Assembly (NCBI GenBank): GCA_032718475.1
Contig: JAUCBJ010005005.1
Span: 1-64,000, forward strand
Origin: Nemertoderma westbladi
Taxonomy: Eukaryota; Animalia; Xenacoelomorpha
Direction of reading: 5' to 3'
DNA: 64,000 bases
Position 1 is the first letter of the stretch; each line of letters opens with the position of its first letter. The notes beneath the pieces were generated by a model. That model searched no databases and was not told where the DNA came from. It saw only the letters and a list, made by a program, of their open reading frames with translations. Both the position numbers and the translations under genes were made by a program. Below are positions 1-13,465 of the stretch, in pieces.

Positions 1-1383
1 AATTTACTTTATGTTGTCTTACAATTTTTGATCCATGTTATTTTAATTTTATTGAACATAATCAGTGCAATTTCTATTATTATAATTAATTATGTAATTT
101 AAACTCGTGTCAAATTATATTATCTTGAGTAATAACTTATTTTCAATAATGTTATTGCTTATAACATCTACAACAGGATGAGCTAAGCTTAATTTGTATG
201 GGCCGCATGGATGGGAAACATGAATACAAGCGGCTGTAAAACCATAGCCGTCAAGGGAGGTCAGGTTAGGGTATCATTACGAGTATATAGGAGAGGAGAA
301 TGTAAAAGCTACAAAAAATGTATGTTGCCGGAAAACCAGTCTATAACAGCGGCACTGACCGCATGACCAATGACAAGGATACTGTCGCCGAACTACCAAA
401 GACTAAGTCAATAAGAAGTGGCACGCGATCTAGAGTTGCAGAAAAAAGCCTGGAAGGGATCCATTTCGTTGTCTTGGAGAGTGAGAAGGAGAAGCTGCTC
501 ATAGAAGGATAGGAATAGGAAGAAGGATTGTATGGAAATGAAGCGAGGTATTATCTTCCTCAATCGGGATAAGTTGCAGAATGAGACTCGTCGTGTGACG
601 CAGGATAATTGTTAGTAACAATGTGTTGGCAAGCTGTATTTTTCGAGGTATTTGTTATTATACATTTATTATAGGAAGGGTTATAGGGGTATTTAACCTC
701 GAATGATAAGTTTATTTTACCGAAAATAACTTATCTTTTATATATCGTATAATTATTCCCAAAACTCTCTTGTATCGCCAACAATTATCCTGCATCACAC
801 GACGAGTCTCATTCTGCAACTTATCCCGATTGAGGAAGATAATACCTCGCTTCATTTCCATAAATTCCTTCTTCCTATTCCTATCCTTCTATGAGTAGCT
901 TCTCCTTCTCACTCTCCAAGACAACGAAATGGATCCCTTCCAGGCTTTTTTCTGCAACTCTAGATCGCGTGCCACTTCTTATTGACTTAGTCTTTGGTAG
1001 TTCGGCGACAGTATCCTTGTCATTTGTCATGGTCTAGTGCCGCTGTTTTAGACTGGTTTTCCGGCAACACAGCAATTACTTTCTCCTATTTACTCGTAAT
1101 GATACCCTAACCTGACTTCCCTTGACGGCTATGGTTTTACAGCCGCTTGTATTCATGTTTCCCATTCATGCGGCCCACACAAATGACGCTTAGCTCATCC
1201 TGTTGTAGGTTATAAGCAATAACATTGTTGAAAATAAGGTTATTGAAGTTATTACTCAAGATAAAGTAATTTGACACGAGTTTAAATTACATAATTAATT
1301 ATAATATTAGAAATTGCACTGAGTATTTTCAATAAAATTAAAATAACATGGTTGAAAAATTGTAAGACAACTTAAAGTAAATT
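1..1383. repeat. Long imperfect inverted repeat (foldback / long-TIR element), arms ~1-612 and ~780-1383; may extend left of the window
   Basis: 1-60 (aatttactttatgttgtcttacaattttt...) is the near-exact reverse complement of 1325-1383. gagactcgtcgtgtga.gcaggataattgtt (584-613) matches aacaattatcctgc.tcacacgacgagtctc (780-810). Spacer is ~165 bp. Confidence 0.9.
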
Positions 1384-2177
1384 AATGGCTACCGATAAAA
1401 TTAACCTTTGGCATGTCTTAAAAATATACGGCTAATGATTCCATCAACTAAATATTCTACTATTATTTCGAAATTGATAATAGAAAAATAAGTGTCGACA
1501 CTAATAAAATTAACAAACGCCAAATGAATAAAAAAGTTTATGTTGCATGTTAACCCCCTCGTCTTAGTGCCACTAACACCACCCCAAGCGGTTAGTGGCA
1601 CTAACTTGTTAGTGAGAGTTGGGGGAACCGGCTGCAGTCCACACCACAATGAAAATTATGTTGATCTCTAATAAACTATAGGGATACTTTCAAAAGCAGT
1701 ATAATTTCAAAAAACAGCTTTTATAAATTGTAATAACTAATTTAGTAACATCATTTATTCCACGGCCTTCGCCGTCGAAAAAATAAGGTTTTACTATTTT
1801 GTCGAAAATGCAGAATAAAAAGTCGGACAAAAAAATTTACTTTCTTTATGTAAAATAAATAGTTATTATTACTGTAATGCTAAATTTAGTAATACTGTAA
1901 TTACCAACGTAAAAATTACTTATCAGATATCTTGAATAAATATAATATTATCCGCATTTTTGGAAGATTGATTGGATGCAAATCTAGACAATAAATTCTT
2001 TACAGTATTATCCACACTTTTGCGGACAATAAAGGGGATACTTTTAAAGAAAATTATTATCTTAAGTATTAGTCTACAGTAGGCCGAGGCGCCTTCTATA
2101 AAAGGATAAGCGTGTACAGTAGTTTTAACTTCTCAAATTTATAATTGGTTCAAATTCTGCTTTCTGAATTCAAATTC

Positions 2178-3602
2178 AACAAATTCTGCTTGGTAAGTTA
2201 GGCCTGATGGGTGTAGGTTCTATAGACTGGTTCAAGTCCTACCTGTCAGACAGAGGTCAAACTGTAGTCATTAGCAAATCGCAGTCTACTGTACAAGAGA
2301 TTACCTGTGGTGTACCGCAAGGTAGTATATTAGGTCCTCTGCTTTTTGAATGCTATGTAAATGATATGATAAGTAGTATAGATCCCGATTTTAAACTCAT
2401 TTTATATGCCGACGACAGTGCTCTTATTTTCTCTCATAAAGATCCTATCCATATTTCCCAAAAGTTAAGTGCAGTTCTAGAATCCTGTAATGAGTGGTTG
2501 GTTGATAATAAGCTATCCATTCACTACGGTAAAACTGAAAGTATTTTGTTTGGTTCCAAAAGAAAGTTAAAGAAGGTAACTAAGTTTGAAGTCACTAGTA
2601 ATGGACATAAGATTGAAAATAAAAAGGAAGTTAAATATTTAGGCGCCACATTGGATAACTGCTTATCAGGAGAAAGTACAGTGAAAAATATTTTCTCGAA
2701 AGTTAACAGTAGGCTTAGGTTTCTATACAGAAATAAAAATAGTTTGAACACCGACTCCCGCAAGTTACTTTGCTCTTCTTTAATACAGTGTCACATGGAC
2801 TATGCGTGCTCTTCTTGGTATGAAGGCTTAACCAAACAGCTTAAATGTAAATTACAAGTAGCTCAGAATAAAGTAGTACGATTTATTAAAGACTACAAAC
2901 CTAGGCACCACCTAACTCCAGATGACTTTTCTGAATCTGGACTACTTGACTTAGATAGTAGAGTTAAGCAGCTACGCCTTAACCATGTGCATAAAGTGTA
3001 TAATGGTAAATGTCCCAATTACCTAAAACAAAAATTCAACAGAGTACGCGATACACACTCTTACAGTACCAGAGCTAGTGCTTCAAACTTTTACCTCCCG
3101 AATTGTAAATCCTTTGAATCTGATACTTTCTTTTTTAACGGCATAAAAAATTGGAACGCTCTGCCTAATGAAATTAAAAACCTAAATAATCAACATTCTT
3201 TTAAATCTGCAGTTAAATCTCATCTCCGTGTGCAATGTAAAAATAGGTACAATAGTCCTACAGTAAGTTATTAGTTTATTAATTATTTACTATTTATACT
3301 GTAATTACGTTTTATAATAAATTGTTCTGTACATTACATCTTTATCGTTGAGTCGGGCATTGTCACGCTCTCGGTAAAGTTGTACATGTACATAGTGTAA
3401 TTACGTTTTATATTGGTTTTAGGTTAGCGTAGTGTAATATTGTATTTGTAACCAAGTAACATAAAGGACCCCCTTGGAAATAAGCTGCAAAGCTTTAGGG
3501 GTAATCCTATATGTTATGTTGGACAATACCTTTATACCGGTACATTGTTTGGTGTATTTGTTATTGTTTTTACATAATGTATAAATAAATCTATCTATCT
3601 AT
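2178..3602 (+). mobile_element. 5'-truncated non-LTR retrotransposon (L2/CR1 group) with 3' UTR and (CTAT)n tail
   Basis: RT C-terminal half, then an AT-rich 3' UTR ending aataaat-ctatctatctat at ~3584-3602. Confidence 0.8.
2207..3274 (+). pseudogene. LINE ORF2 fragment: reverse transcriptase C-terminal part and post-RT region
   Basis: Motifs WFKSYLSDR, GVPQGSILGPLLF, YADD, KYLG, DYACSSW, HSYSTR, WNALP. The endonuclease and RT N-terminus are absent. Confidence 0.88.
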
Positions 3603-3899
3603 AATAATAGAAAATGATTGCTTAAGGTATTACTCTTATGTCGTAATCATTAGTACCGATACAGATATGTAAAACATCAGAACATTAATTATTACTGTAT
3701 CCTGCACTAACTAATAATATTTCCATAGAAATTAATTAATGTTTGAGTTCTAGAGTGATTAAAATTACTTTAATGATTTTTTTATTTTATCAGTTCTGTA
3801 GGGATTCAAAAAACCTTGAATACGAAACAAATTATTTTCCGTAACTAACTTTGATTTTATTGAATCGCTATATAGTTAAATAGGAAGGAAGACTTAGGA

Positions 3900-4670
3900 A
3901 TGTCGAAGAAATCGACTAAACCCGATGAGAAGAAATATCGGACGATATCAGCTGCTGAGCGGGGGCCAGGCCCTGCGAAGTATGCTCCCAAAGGTCTCAC
4001 TGGGTACATAAACCATTCAATTGAAAAACCAATTCAGCCGGCCTACACATTGTGCCACAAAGGTCCCAGCGTCCTAATCAGCACATCTTGTTCCCCGGGG
4101 CCAAAATATTCAATAGACCGAAGGTTCACCCACCGAGGTAAGTATGAGTCAGCGGCATTTACTATGCCGGGTAAACACGATATAAACAAGGGCGACTTAC
4201 ATCCGGGACCAGCTGACTATGACGTCTCGAAAGCGGAACATAAACGACCAGGGCAGACGATGCAGTTCCGTCACCGAGGCATCCAGCAGGACAAAACGCC
4301 AGGACCGAATGCCTATCGGAAGCCGTATCTCGTGTGTAACGAAAACATACCGATCGCGGGTAAACCCAACGTCCACGGCGCGACTATGCAGTTTCGCACC
4401 CAGAGGGGCTCCTATCTCTCTCAGAATACGGAGACCCCAGGGCCGGGAAAGTACAACCTGGACGATTGCAAGAACGTGATGTTGAAGCGCGCGCCCTGCG
4501 CCACAATCCAGAGTAAGTACCCGCAACAGGGAGTGGGTAGGAGTCCTGGTCCATTGGATTATCATACGGAGAAGGTTACAGCTCATCTTCCTTGTACTAG
4601 CAACGGAATCACTATGGGTATAAAACACTCTGAGTTCTGCGCTCCAATAATATTTGACCCAATTAACTAA
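3900..4670 (+). CDS. ODF3: ODF3/SHIPPO-1-like (CIMAP1 family) sperm-tail / ciliary PGP-repeat protein, single coding exon, 256 aa
   Basis: Repeated PGPxxY motifs (GPGPAKY, SPGPKY, HPGPADY, TPGPNAY, TPGPGKY, SPGPLDY), N-terminal ISAAERGPGP and C-terminal TMGIKHSEF. Polypyrimidine-CAG acceptor at ~3776-3793, upstream of the ATG. Confidence 0.8.
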   Translation: MSKKSTKPDEKKYRTISAAERGPGPAKYAPKGLTGYINHSIEKPIQPAYTLCHKGPSVLISTSCSPGPKYSIDRRFTHRGKYESAAFTMPGKHDINKGDLHPGPADYDVSKAEHKRPGQTMQFRHRGIQQDKTPGPNAYRKPYLVCNENIPIAGKPNVHGATMQFRTQRGSYLSQNTETPGPGKYNLDDCKNVMLKRAPCATIQSKYPQQGVGRSPGPLDYHTEKVTAHLPCTSNGITMGIKHSEFCAPIIFDPIN

Positions 4671-6176
4671 CTGAATGCAACTTTTTCATTACGGCAAGAT
4701 CCACAATACTTTATGCAAATTTATTTGGAACGCGAAAATCTAAGTTATAAAAAATGAAATTTGTTTGGCAAGAATTGTGTAATATATTATACAGTACAGT
4801 TTAGTATGAGGAGCGTAATATTCATACTGTATTTTTTTTTGCTTATAAATTCTTTAATGGATAGGAAATACGGCACTCCTTAAGCAAAAGGGTCCGTACT
4901 TCGCCCTTTCGGCACCCCCAGCCATATTTTGCACCGGTCCTTTTTTAGTGTTTTTTAATGTTTTTTTTTTGTATTGTTGAATGTTCTAGAACATTTTAGT
5001 AGATATATTTTATATGATAGCTAGTGTTTTTTCAAGCTAGTATTTTTTGAAATTAGAAAATATGTGAAAGTATGGATATTTCAGATTTAAACTGTTGCAG
5101 AGTATATTATAGACCAAAATAATTTTCAAAAATACAAGCTACCAAAAAAAATCTACTAAGCTTCTAAAACATTCACCAATATCAAAATAAACACTCAAAA
5201 CAATATTAATTTTTTATTTTCAAGAAATACTTGCTAGTAAAAAAAACTCTTGCTAACATAAAAAAATACCTAAAAAAGGTGATTCTAGAACATTTACCAA
5301 TATCAAAAAAGCTATAAAAAGCAGAAATTAAATAAAGGTTATTAAAACAACTCATACTTTTTCCGGAAATAAAATCAGTGGCGGTCCGTGGTCAAAATTT
5401 TTGGTTGGGACAGACCGAAAACTTTATGAATACAGTGGACTTAGTAACACTGTAATAAATAAATACACATCAGATTGGTGTTAAGGAGGAGGGGGGGGGG
5501 GGGGGGGGGGGGGTGTTATTGTCGAAGAAAATAAAAATGGTTTTATCTAAATGACAACATTAAGTTATAGTTCACATCAGTACCTGTGGTATTTTCGTAT
5601 TGTGAAAATAAGCATGTAAGTTTCAAGTAACGTATGTTATTGAGATATTGTTTATTGTTTTGGTTAAAAAAAAGCCCGCCACTGTAAACTGATCCTTTCC
5701 ATTAATTAAGCAATCTAGTTTAGTTTATTGTTTTGGTTAGAAAACACCGCCACTGTAACCTGCTCCTTTTGCCACAGGTACGCATATGAATGATAACTGA
5801 ACATTATTATCTAAATTGAAATTCAGAACACTTGTTCAGAATCAGAGGCCCATGTGAAGAATACCAGACTTTATCTGCTGTTATATTTCACTTTGCTGTT
5901 TATCCCCATGTGAAGATTACCAGGTTTTCACCAAAAACACAGGTTACAGAAGGGCTTAATCTACCCAAAACAATAAACGAATTTGTATATGTACAGGTTT
6001 TAAGACAGAAATGAGCTCTATAAAACACTTAATAAAGATAAATTCAAAAATACACATTCTTCCTATATATAATTCCAATAAAATGTCGACCGAAAAGTGA
6101 AAACCTGGTATTCTTCACTTTACATGGGCGGGATCAGAACGAAGTTCTGATCCCGCCCTGAACTATCTGAACGATC

Positions 6177-6440
6177 TGAACTACATCATATATAACAACA
6201 AGTGGAACCACATCATATATAACAACAAGTGGAACCACTTCATATATAACAACAAGTGGAACCACTTCATATATAACAACAAGCGGAACCACTTCATATA
6301 TAACAACAAGTGGAACTACATCATATATAACAACAAGTGGAACCACTTCCTTATATAACAACAAGTGGAACCACTTTCACTTCATATATAATGAAAAAGG
6401 AAGTGGAACCACTTTATCTACTATTACAAGTGAAACCATT
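6177..6440. repeat. 27-bp minisatellite (catatataacaacaagtggaaccactt), ~7 good copies plus degenerate ones
   Basis: Tandem periodicity is visible directly; the spurious ORF 6134-6364 repeats EVVPLVVIY. Confidence 0.9.
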
Positions 6441-9181
6441 CCAAATTCAATGGTAAGAAGAACAATATCCGACCACTACGTCATCTACGACATTTTCCAG
6501 TAGGCCATTTAGTTTCCAAAGTTTCCAAAGAAACTGTCAATCTAAGAAAATCACAAGGTAGTAGCAAGAATGAACACAACAACTTTAAGCAACATCAAAC
6601 GAGATACGAACAAGAAACCCAACGAAGCACCCCTTCCAACAAACGGAAGCAGTAGAAGCAGCACAGATATGAAGCGGAATAATAAAGGGTTTGATCTACA
6701 CTACAAAACCTCTAGGGATTCATACTGGCACAATAACAATCAAGCTAATTATAATGGTAATCAATATAAATCTATCCTGCAAGATAATAATAGGCATACG
6801 GAGTATGTGGGGAACTCTTGGAGACATGCCCAAGAATCATCTCGACACCAAAGTCAAACATACCAGCAGTATCAGAAGCACAGAGTGAGTAGACATGATT
6901 ATCCACATCAACACTTCCCAAACCCTCATCTAAGAGACCAATCTGAACATACCTCGTACCCCAGTAATGACCAATGTGGCATAACCTATGACAACAGGTA
7001 TTACAACCGATCCAACAGAAGTCATATGGCTAGGAATCGTTTTTAAGCTGGCTCCGAGTATCACAACTGGAGACCTAAATTTCAAAAATGCTGGAAATAC
7101 GTGTAATATTTTGCAGAGAAGTGAAATCAGTCGCCATAGGCAGCATATGAAGGATGATTTGCAACATGACAGCAAATTCTATTAAGTTCTAGAACAATGT
7201 CAGTGAATCTACCTTTGACTAAAAAAAATGTAAAATTAAACGTTGAATATATGCTAGATACTATTTTCAGTTAATGAGTTTCTGAAGAATTTTAAGTTAA
7301 TATTTTTTCTGTAGCATGATGCTTGGTTTTCAACATATATACAGTAAGTTTATTATTTTTTAGTAAAAAATAGATGACTACAGCAGTATCGCATTTACTG
7401 ACGAAATTTCATATTTTTAAATAAATATAACAGTACTTACTCAGTTTTTAAGACTTGCATTTTAATTTTCACATTTTTTACTCAAAATAGATAGATAGAC
7501 AATTTGTTGTCAAAGAATAGTTAAGGAATGTCTCGCAAAGTTTATTCATGGGATTTTTCAGTGAATCTAATTTCGCAATAAAAAAATGTCAAATTAATAG
7601 TGCTAAAACCCAGCATCACTCTGTAGAACCAATATATTATAAAAAATGTAATATACTATATTAACACTGACACATTGACTTACCTACACATAGTTGCAAC
7701 ACTACAGTGTATACATGAGACATTGTTTCATAATGTTACATATCGAATAACACTATTACTGCTATATCTAGCACATACTCACCACAACAATCAATACCCC
7801 ACATCTAAACATTAATTATCATTCCATCTAATATTCAAACGTAATTAACCTGTCAATATTGTACTGATAATGTATGTAGAACAAGTAAATTATTATTATT
7901 AGTTAGATGTATTTCGTATTAATTAATATGCATTTTATGCTATCGAAATCATTAGAATAATTGGATCTCGTTGGTAACATATGCTATAGTATAGAATTCA
8001 ATGAACAATAATTTATAATTGATACTACCACAAGCTATTTGTAAACATCTGCGACCAGTTATGATGAATAAATCGATATTGAATAATTATTACTTGGCAT
8101 TCAACAGCTATAACTCGGATATTTATCGCCTTTTTCTCTCGAGGTTGGGTGGAAGAGTGGGTAACGAGTTGTGAGGAGTTATAACAGTCCCGAGTTCGAA
8201 CCCGGTTGAATATTTTGTTATCTGAAAAATTGCGAAATTAAATTTAGTTACTGGTGAAAAATAGCGATTTGAAAAATAATAGAAGTTACCTGATGCTAAG
8301 TGTAGACACCCGAACACCTGTAAAATAAAGGCTTATGATTGGATGCAGTACTAGAGTTGGGTGACTAATAACGCCTCTAGCGGAATAAGCGGGAACTTGA
8401 GAAGTTACCATGGTTACGGATGAAATGCTGACATCTGATTGGTTGAAATAATAACTAACGACCACTGGTAAAGGTTGAAATGGTGGCTTCTGATTGGATG
8501 CAGTACTAGAAATGGATGGTAATGATGGGCTACGGGTGACCTTGGGCGAGGGGCCATGTAATGTATACTACTACTAAAAAAGCATTGATACAGTATACAA
8601 GGTGGAACTGCGATGCAAGTAGCTAAACTCAATCTTCACAATTTGTACTGATTTTGGAAAGAATAAGCCTACCGTAACGGATTTCAATTTCACTCCATAC
8701 AGTAATGATATTGTTCCTTATGTCATTTTCTTATCATTCTGTGTGGTTATGCCCACTAATCAAGTATTACAAAGCTTTCGTAAGAATGTGAGATGGTAAT
8801 CGTGGCATTGGTACCCCACACCTTGGGTACCCATTGACCAGATTATTTATACTAGCTAGTTTTTGCAAAGTTTTTTTATAAATGTTATAGAAGATGTGCT
8901 AGCTATCAATTTTGATAAATATTTTTGTTATAGAACAAATTTTTTTGTTCTAGAACATTTTCTGAAAAAAATAATACATGAATCATACATACATACAACC
9001 CTTATTAAAAATAAATCGTCATTTTAAATTATTAGTAGACCTCCTAGACCTAGAACTGCAGTATTTTAAATTTAGAACTTATAACACACAAACACGCAGT
9101 TGTGTTAGATGTTCTCAATAAATCTAAATATTTTTTTAATATCGTATAAAAAGTACAAGCTAACACAAAATCAAAATTACT

Positions 9182-9384
9182 TGTTCGCGCTTTTAGAGCT
9201 TTAACAGTTTAACTTGTTAATTTACGTGTCTTATGTTGTCTGACAGCCCGCACAAAATATGACCACAGAAGAAGTCAGTATAGTGTGGCGTCTGACCCAC
9301 CGGATGTGGGAGACTGGATTCTATGGCAGAGAGAGAGATGTAGGCTACTTTGTATTATTCGATTGATCGCTACTATATAATCTC
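9182..9384 (-). repeat. Element A 3' LTR, left piece (split by element B)
   Basis: Starts tgttcgcgctttt, a diverged copy of the B LTR start tgttcgcgctttc; ends at the TSD atctc. Confidence 0.8.
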
Positions 9385-10553
9385 TGTTCGCGCTTTCAGA
9401 CCTTTAGCAGTTTAACCTGCCAAATTTGGATGTCTTTTAGATGATAGATAGTCTTTAGCCTATGACAAGTATTTGATACACTACATTAGCCGAATCCAGT
9501 CCACGCGCGATCATTCACCCGCTGGATATACCCGGGAGACTGGATTCGGAAGCACAACCGTATTGCGGGGTAGGCCTACTGTATTATTCGACTGATCGTA
9601 ATATATATAATCTCTGACAAATATTATTCACTTTAGGGAAATATTAACAGTTCCTTTAGGACGTGGCGCTTTAAATATATAAACAGAGTTATGACTTAAA
9701 CTAGACACAACGGGATGGCTATAGATTCACGTATATGGCGCATTCTTTAGGAGATGCTTCGTTATCAATCACAATCATACACAATACTGCACAATGCTGC
9801 ACACTAATCTGCCGACCTTCACTAATTTTAGTCACATATAAGGAGAACAACAGACAATACGTGTAGGGCCTATAAAATAGCATTAGATTCACTTCAAACC
9901 ACTTAATGTAAGTCGCAATCGTTATATGTATCCGGTCTCTCTAACCTTTAGTATATCAAGAAGATTGGGGTGTCTGATTGTTTATCAGTATTCCAAATAT
10001 AATATTCCATCAACAAATATAATGAATAACCGACAGTAAATAGCAGTACGAAACACGGATTGAGTTAAGTAAGTTGTGTTGTGGTATGAGTTCAGTGAGG
10101 TATGTTGTGATAACGGATATACGTTCTATAATTAAGCCTACTAATGTTGAGCTAAAGACTGAAACACGGAGGTTCCACGCCGGTGTTGTAGGCTGTGGAC
10201 AAAATCACATACTGACTCACTTCACTAGTTTCTATATACAATCTCCAACACAGAGGCAAAAAAACGCTCTGATTGGTCGACCGAACAAAGAGAGAACAAA
10301 GAACAAAGAGATGTTCCACGTGGCAATATCAGCTGTTAGCCGTAGTCATGGTAGCTACACTGTTTCAAGAGGATCCGGCGTATTGTGTCATAGAATTGCT
10401 AATCATGTCCGCTAAAGTACACATACAGAAGAAATGGCTTTTATGTCCTCTAAAACAACAATACAGTAAGGACACGGCCTTTTATGCCTGTTAAACCAAC
10501 TACAGAGTACTTTACGGGGAAAATAACCGGCTAATTACGCAAAAGCCTTTACA
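9385..10553 (-). repeat. Element B 3' LTR (1169 bp)
   Basis: Direct repeat of 30374-31541 with about 5 substitutions and one 1-bp indel by eye. Confidence 0.95.
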
Positions 10554-10631
10554 CCGCTCCCAGAAAATGGGATTTAAGTCTATAAAATATAACAAATCAC
10601 AGTTTCTAAAATATAAAAATACTCTAAACAG

Positions 10632-12874
10632 TTAGTCTTTCTTACGCGGACGGCGTTTAAGCAGTTTTTTGAGGTTAGCAAGAGTCCTTTTATCTTTGGG
10701 GCGAGCCACTTTACTAGGAGGGCTGTAACTCCTGGGTGAAGGGTGCAATACAATTGCATCAGAAGGTTTAGGATTACGATCGGTGTATCCGCCGGTCGAG
10801 GTACCTGGTTGATCGATATCAACTTCAGTGGAGCGAGGTCTAACGGCTTTTAGGGCGCGTCTTAGGACAGCAGCTCCTACGGGTCCTTGACGGGTCGTCT
10901 GGACAATGGCGGTAGGCGGACCGTGAGTGGTGAGAAACTTCCTTGGTTTAATGGTTCTTTCCAGCTCGCGTTCTCGGGCTCGATATTCGTAGGGCCGTCG
11001 AGATACTTCCTGTAACTCAGGGTGCGAGTTGATAAATAAATCGCCATACTCAGGGTCTTGACGGATGAAATTGATCAAATGATATGAAGTAATATCGCTA
11101 GGATTGACGTTCCTAAGATATTTTCGAACAAATTTGGTGGAAATACACTCACCAACACGCTTCATTAGTTCTTAACTCGGTGTGCGTGTTTTTTGTTCCA
11201 CAGACGCGAATAAATAAGGATGGAACGCATAAACTCCCTCGTAAGAGCGTCCAGGGTAGTAGCGATGGCGAGCCTCACAATGTAAATCCGCGTTCGCTTC
11301 CCAAGCTCGGATGTAGCGCAAAGTAATCATCTCATCTACGCTTTCTAAATCGCGGTTAAAGGGGCAATTATAACTGGCATGTCCTTTAAGTTGACAGTGG
11401 TGACATTGGGTCATAAATTGGGGGCAGACTGCAAAAATATGCGAGTTATTAAGTCTGCAATAAGCACAATAGATCTCCATCATCGGTTGTTCGTGGAAAT
11501 AGGAGCAGGGTACGTCTGAGTCCATAGGGGTGAAATGGTCTCTCGATGCGCATAATCTACAACGTTTTCGAGAAACATAGTTGGCGTGTCGATAATCGTA
11601 TGCGGTGAGACATTGTGGACCTTGATACCACTCCAAGACGTAATCGTTATCGCTGCTCCGGGGCGCTGTAGGCTGGATCGCTTCAGATTCTAAGCATATT
11701 GGTTCGTCTTCCAATTGCATAGCTGAGGTAGGTGCGGCTGTCTCCGCAAGCGGACCCACTGTCTGAACTTCCACGACAGAATAACCTGTGGGTATTCGGG
11801 GTCTTTGTATAACAGATGAATGTAAGTTCTGTATACAAACGTCCTGAAAGAGAGCAAATCCCGCGCTGTTTAGCTTCTCCGCAGCTGAGTCTCTTAGGCT
11901 GAGTTTGGTCAGAGCGCGGTCCTTGAACTGACTATCAACGTTACGGAACGGAGTCAGAAAGCGCCTGAAACATTCGAAGCGGATGAATTTATTGTGTTCA
12001 TATAACTTGGCGAGTTTGGTTCCAAGTATTAAGGGATGGGTGCGTATGGTACGACTGCACACATCGGCTAGCCAACCGGCAAGTGCTGCGTTTTCAAAGA
12101 TCGTGTATATAGCTAAGGAGGGACGAAGTGGAACACTCATAAAGCTATACACGGCGCCAGGTGCGGTCAATGGTCCATCAAAGTATAAATGAGAATAATG
12201 ATCTCCATATACTTGTTGGTAATTTATAGGATTTCCAACCTTGAAATTCCATCCGTATTCTTGAAAGGCAAGATGTCCGATGGAGGTTCGTTGTACTTTG
12301 GTAATGCAATGTAATGGGTGTATTGGCATACATAGTGCGGAAGAAACCTCGGCCTTCTGCCCAGGGAGCAATCAGCTGAGTATCCACGAAAGGGTATGGA
12401 ATGTTTTCCATATTCCGAAAGTCGTTTTGTAGATCTCCATAAACAGCCGAGCCGATTTTAAGGATTCTTTCGTTAAACAACATCTCGAGCACGGGTTGGG
12501 GTAACATCGATCCATCGATACCCATGGCCGGTTTGCGGTCGGTGTCGGCGACGTAACGCTGCGCGAGCTCGAATTGTCCATGTCGGAGTCTCTTTTGTGT
12601 CTCAGTAAGAGTTTCAAAAGAATAATCAATCACATCGGAACACGCTCGAGTAAATACGTGGGTAGAACCAGCGAGTCCTCGTATGTGTATCATCCGCATA
12701 GTTCCCAGTTCTCCAACCGGAACGCTACCTTCGTAGTCGTAGGTGACAACTCCATACATCTCGATAACGTTAAGAGTCTCATTCCACTCTTTAGTGGCAT
12801 TTTCGAGAGTCATTCCCACAGGATGCCACAAGGTAGCGCATTCGCTAGCATTAGGTAAGTCTCTATACTTTAAA
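10632..12874 (-). pseudogene. Element B accessory ORF, C-terminal part: DEDD-type 3'-5' exonuclease plus CCHC zinc knuckles (one frameshift near 12310, one in-frame TAA at 11172)
   Basis: TYDYEG, LPQPVLEMLFNERILKIGSAVYGDL, PFVDT, YTIFE. Knuckles CAYCRLNNSHIFAVC and CHHCQLKGHASYNC. Homologous to D ORF 38649-41456. Confidence 0.75.
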
Positions 12875-13404
12875 TGTTAGCTTATCCAATTCCGCTAACA
12901 CCCCATAAAGTTATAAGCCGATAAGCAATATTGGGAGCCACGAGATTGGATAATTAACCAACTCGTGCCATCCCAATAAGAGTGGGAAGCAAGCACACAA
13001 TAAAGGGTCAGGGGCAAAACCCCTAACCCAGAGAGAACAGATGGAGTGAACGGGAACACTCCACGGGGTGCCAACAAGGGCATCAACCAATCAGAGGGGG
13101 GCAAGGCATCGATTAGGTAGTAATTAGGCCAACCGTGCAATATAAAAAGTAATCCAATATCAGTAATTCAGTTATCTCAGTGCAGTAGTGCTAGCATAGG
13201 TTAATTAGTTTAGATAGGGGAGCACGGGACTTTTAGTTACCGTATCCCGCCTTCCATATACTATACAATATATCTATATCTTATACCTTTATTATTATAC
13301 ACCGAACTTCAGAACTCATTTTACTTTCATTCACTCTTTATACACGGCGGGGACGCGTGAACTAAATACCGGATAAATCGGGATCCCTCCTGGATCCCGT
13401 CACA
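12875..13404 (+). repeat. Element C 5' LTR
   Basis: Direct repeat of 19537-20066. CCAAT at ~13087, TATAAAA at ~13141, TCAGT at ~13160-13172. Confidence 0.95.
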
Positions 13405-13414
13405 GTAACTAAAA
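13405..13414 (+). promoter_or_regulatory. Element C primer-binding position (GTAACTAAAA): non-tRNA, complementary to its own LTR at 13231-13240
   Basis: gtaactaaaa abuts the LTR end; ttttagttac is at 13231-13240 and 19893-19902. Confidence 0.72.
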
Positions 13415-13465
13415 CCAACCGCTGCCCTAGCTAGCCAAACCATCAGCCACCAATTACCAAAGGAG

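Noticed and set aside
5376-5755. hAT-like termini cagtggcgg ... ccgccactg
   Set aside because: Only a 9-bp match, two alternative right ends and no 8-bp TSD.
6134-6440. 27-bp repeat as a CRISPR array or coding repeat
   Set aside because: Head-to-tail units with no unique spacers and no cas genes; eukaryotic context.
6570-7046. 158-aa N/Q/H/Y-rich ORF
   Set aside because: Low complexity with no recognisable domain; possibly a LINE ORF1 remnant but not supportable.
9385-10553. Hammerhead ribozyme in the LTRs (retrozyme-like) generating the primer end
   Set aside because: No CTGANGA...GAAA core with suitable stems noticed near the primer segments by eye; an Infernal scan would be needed to exclude it.
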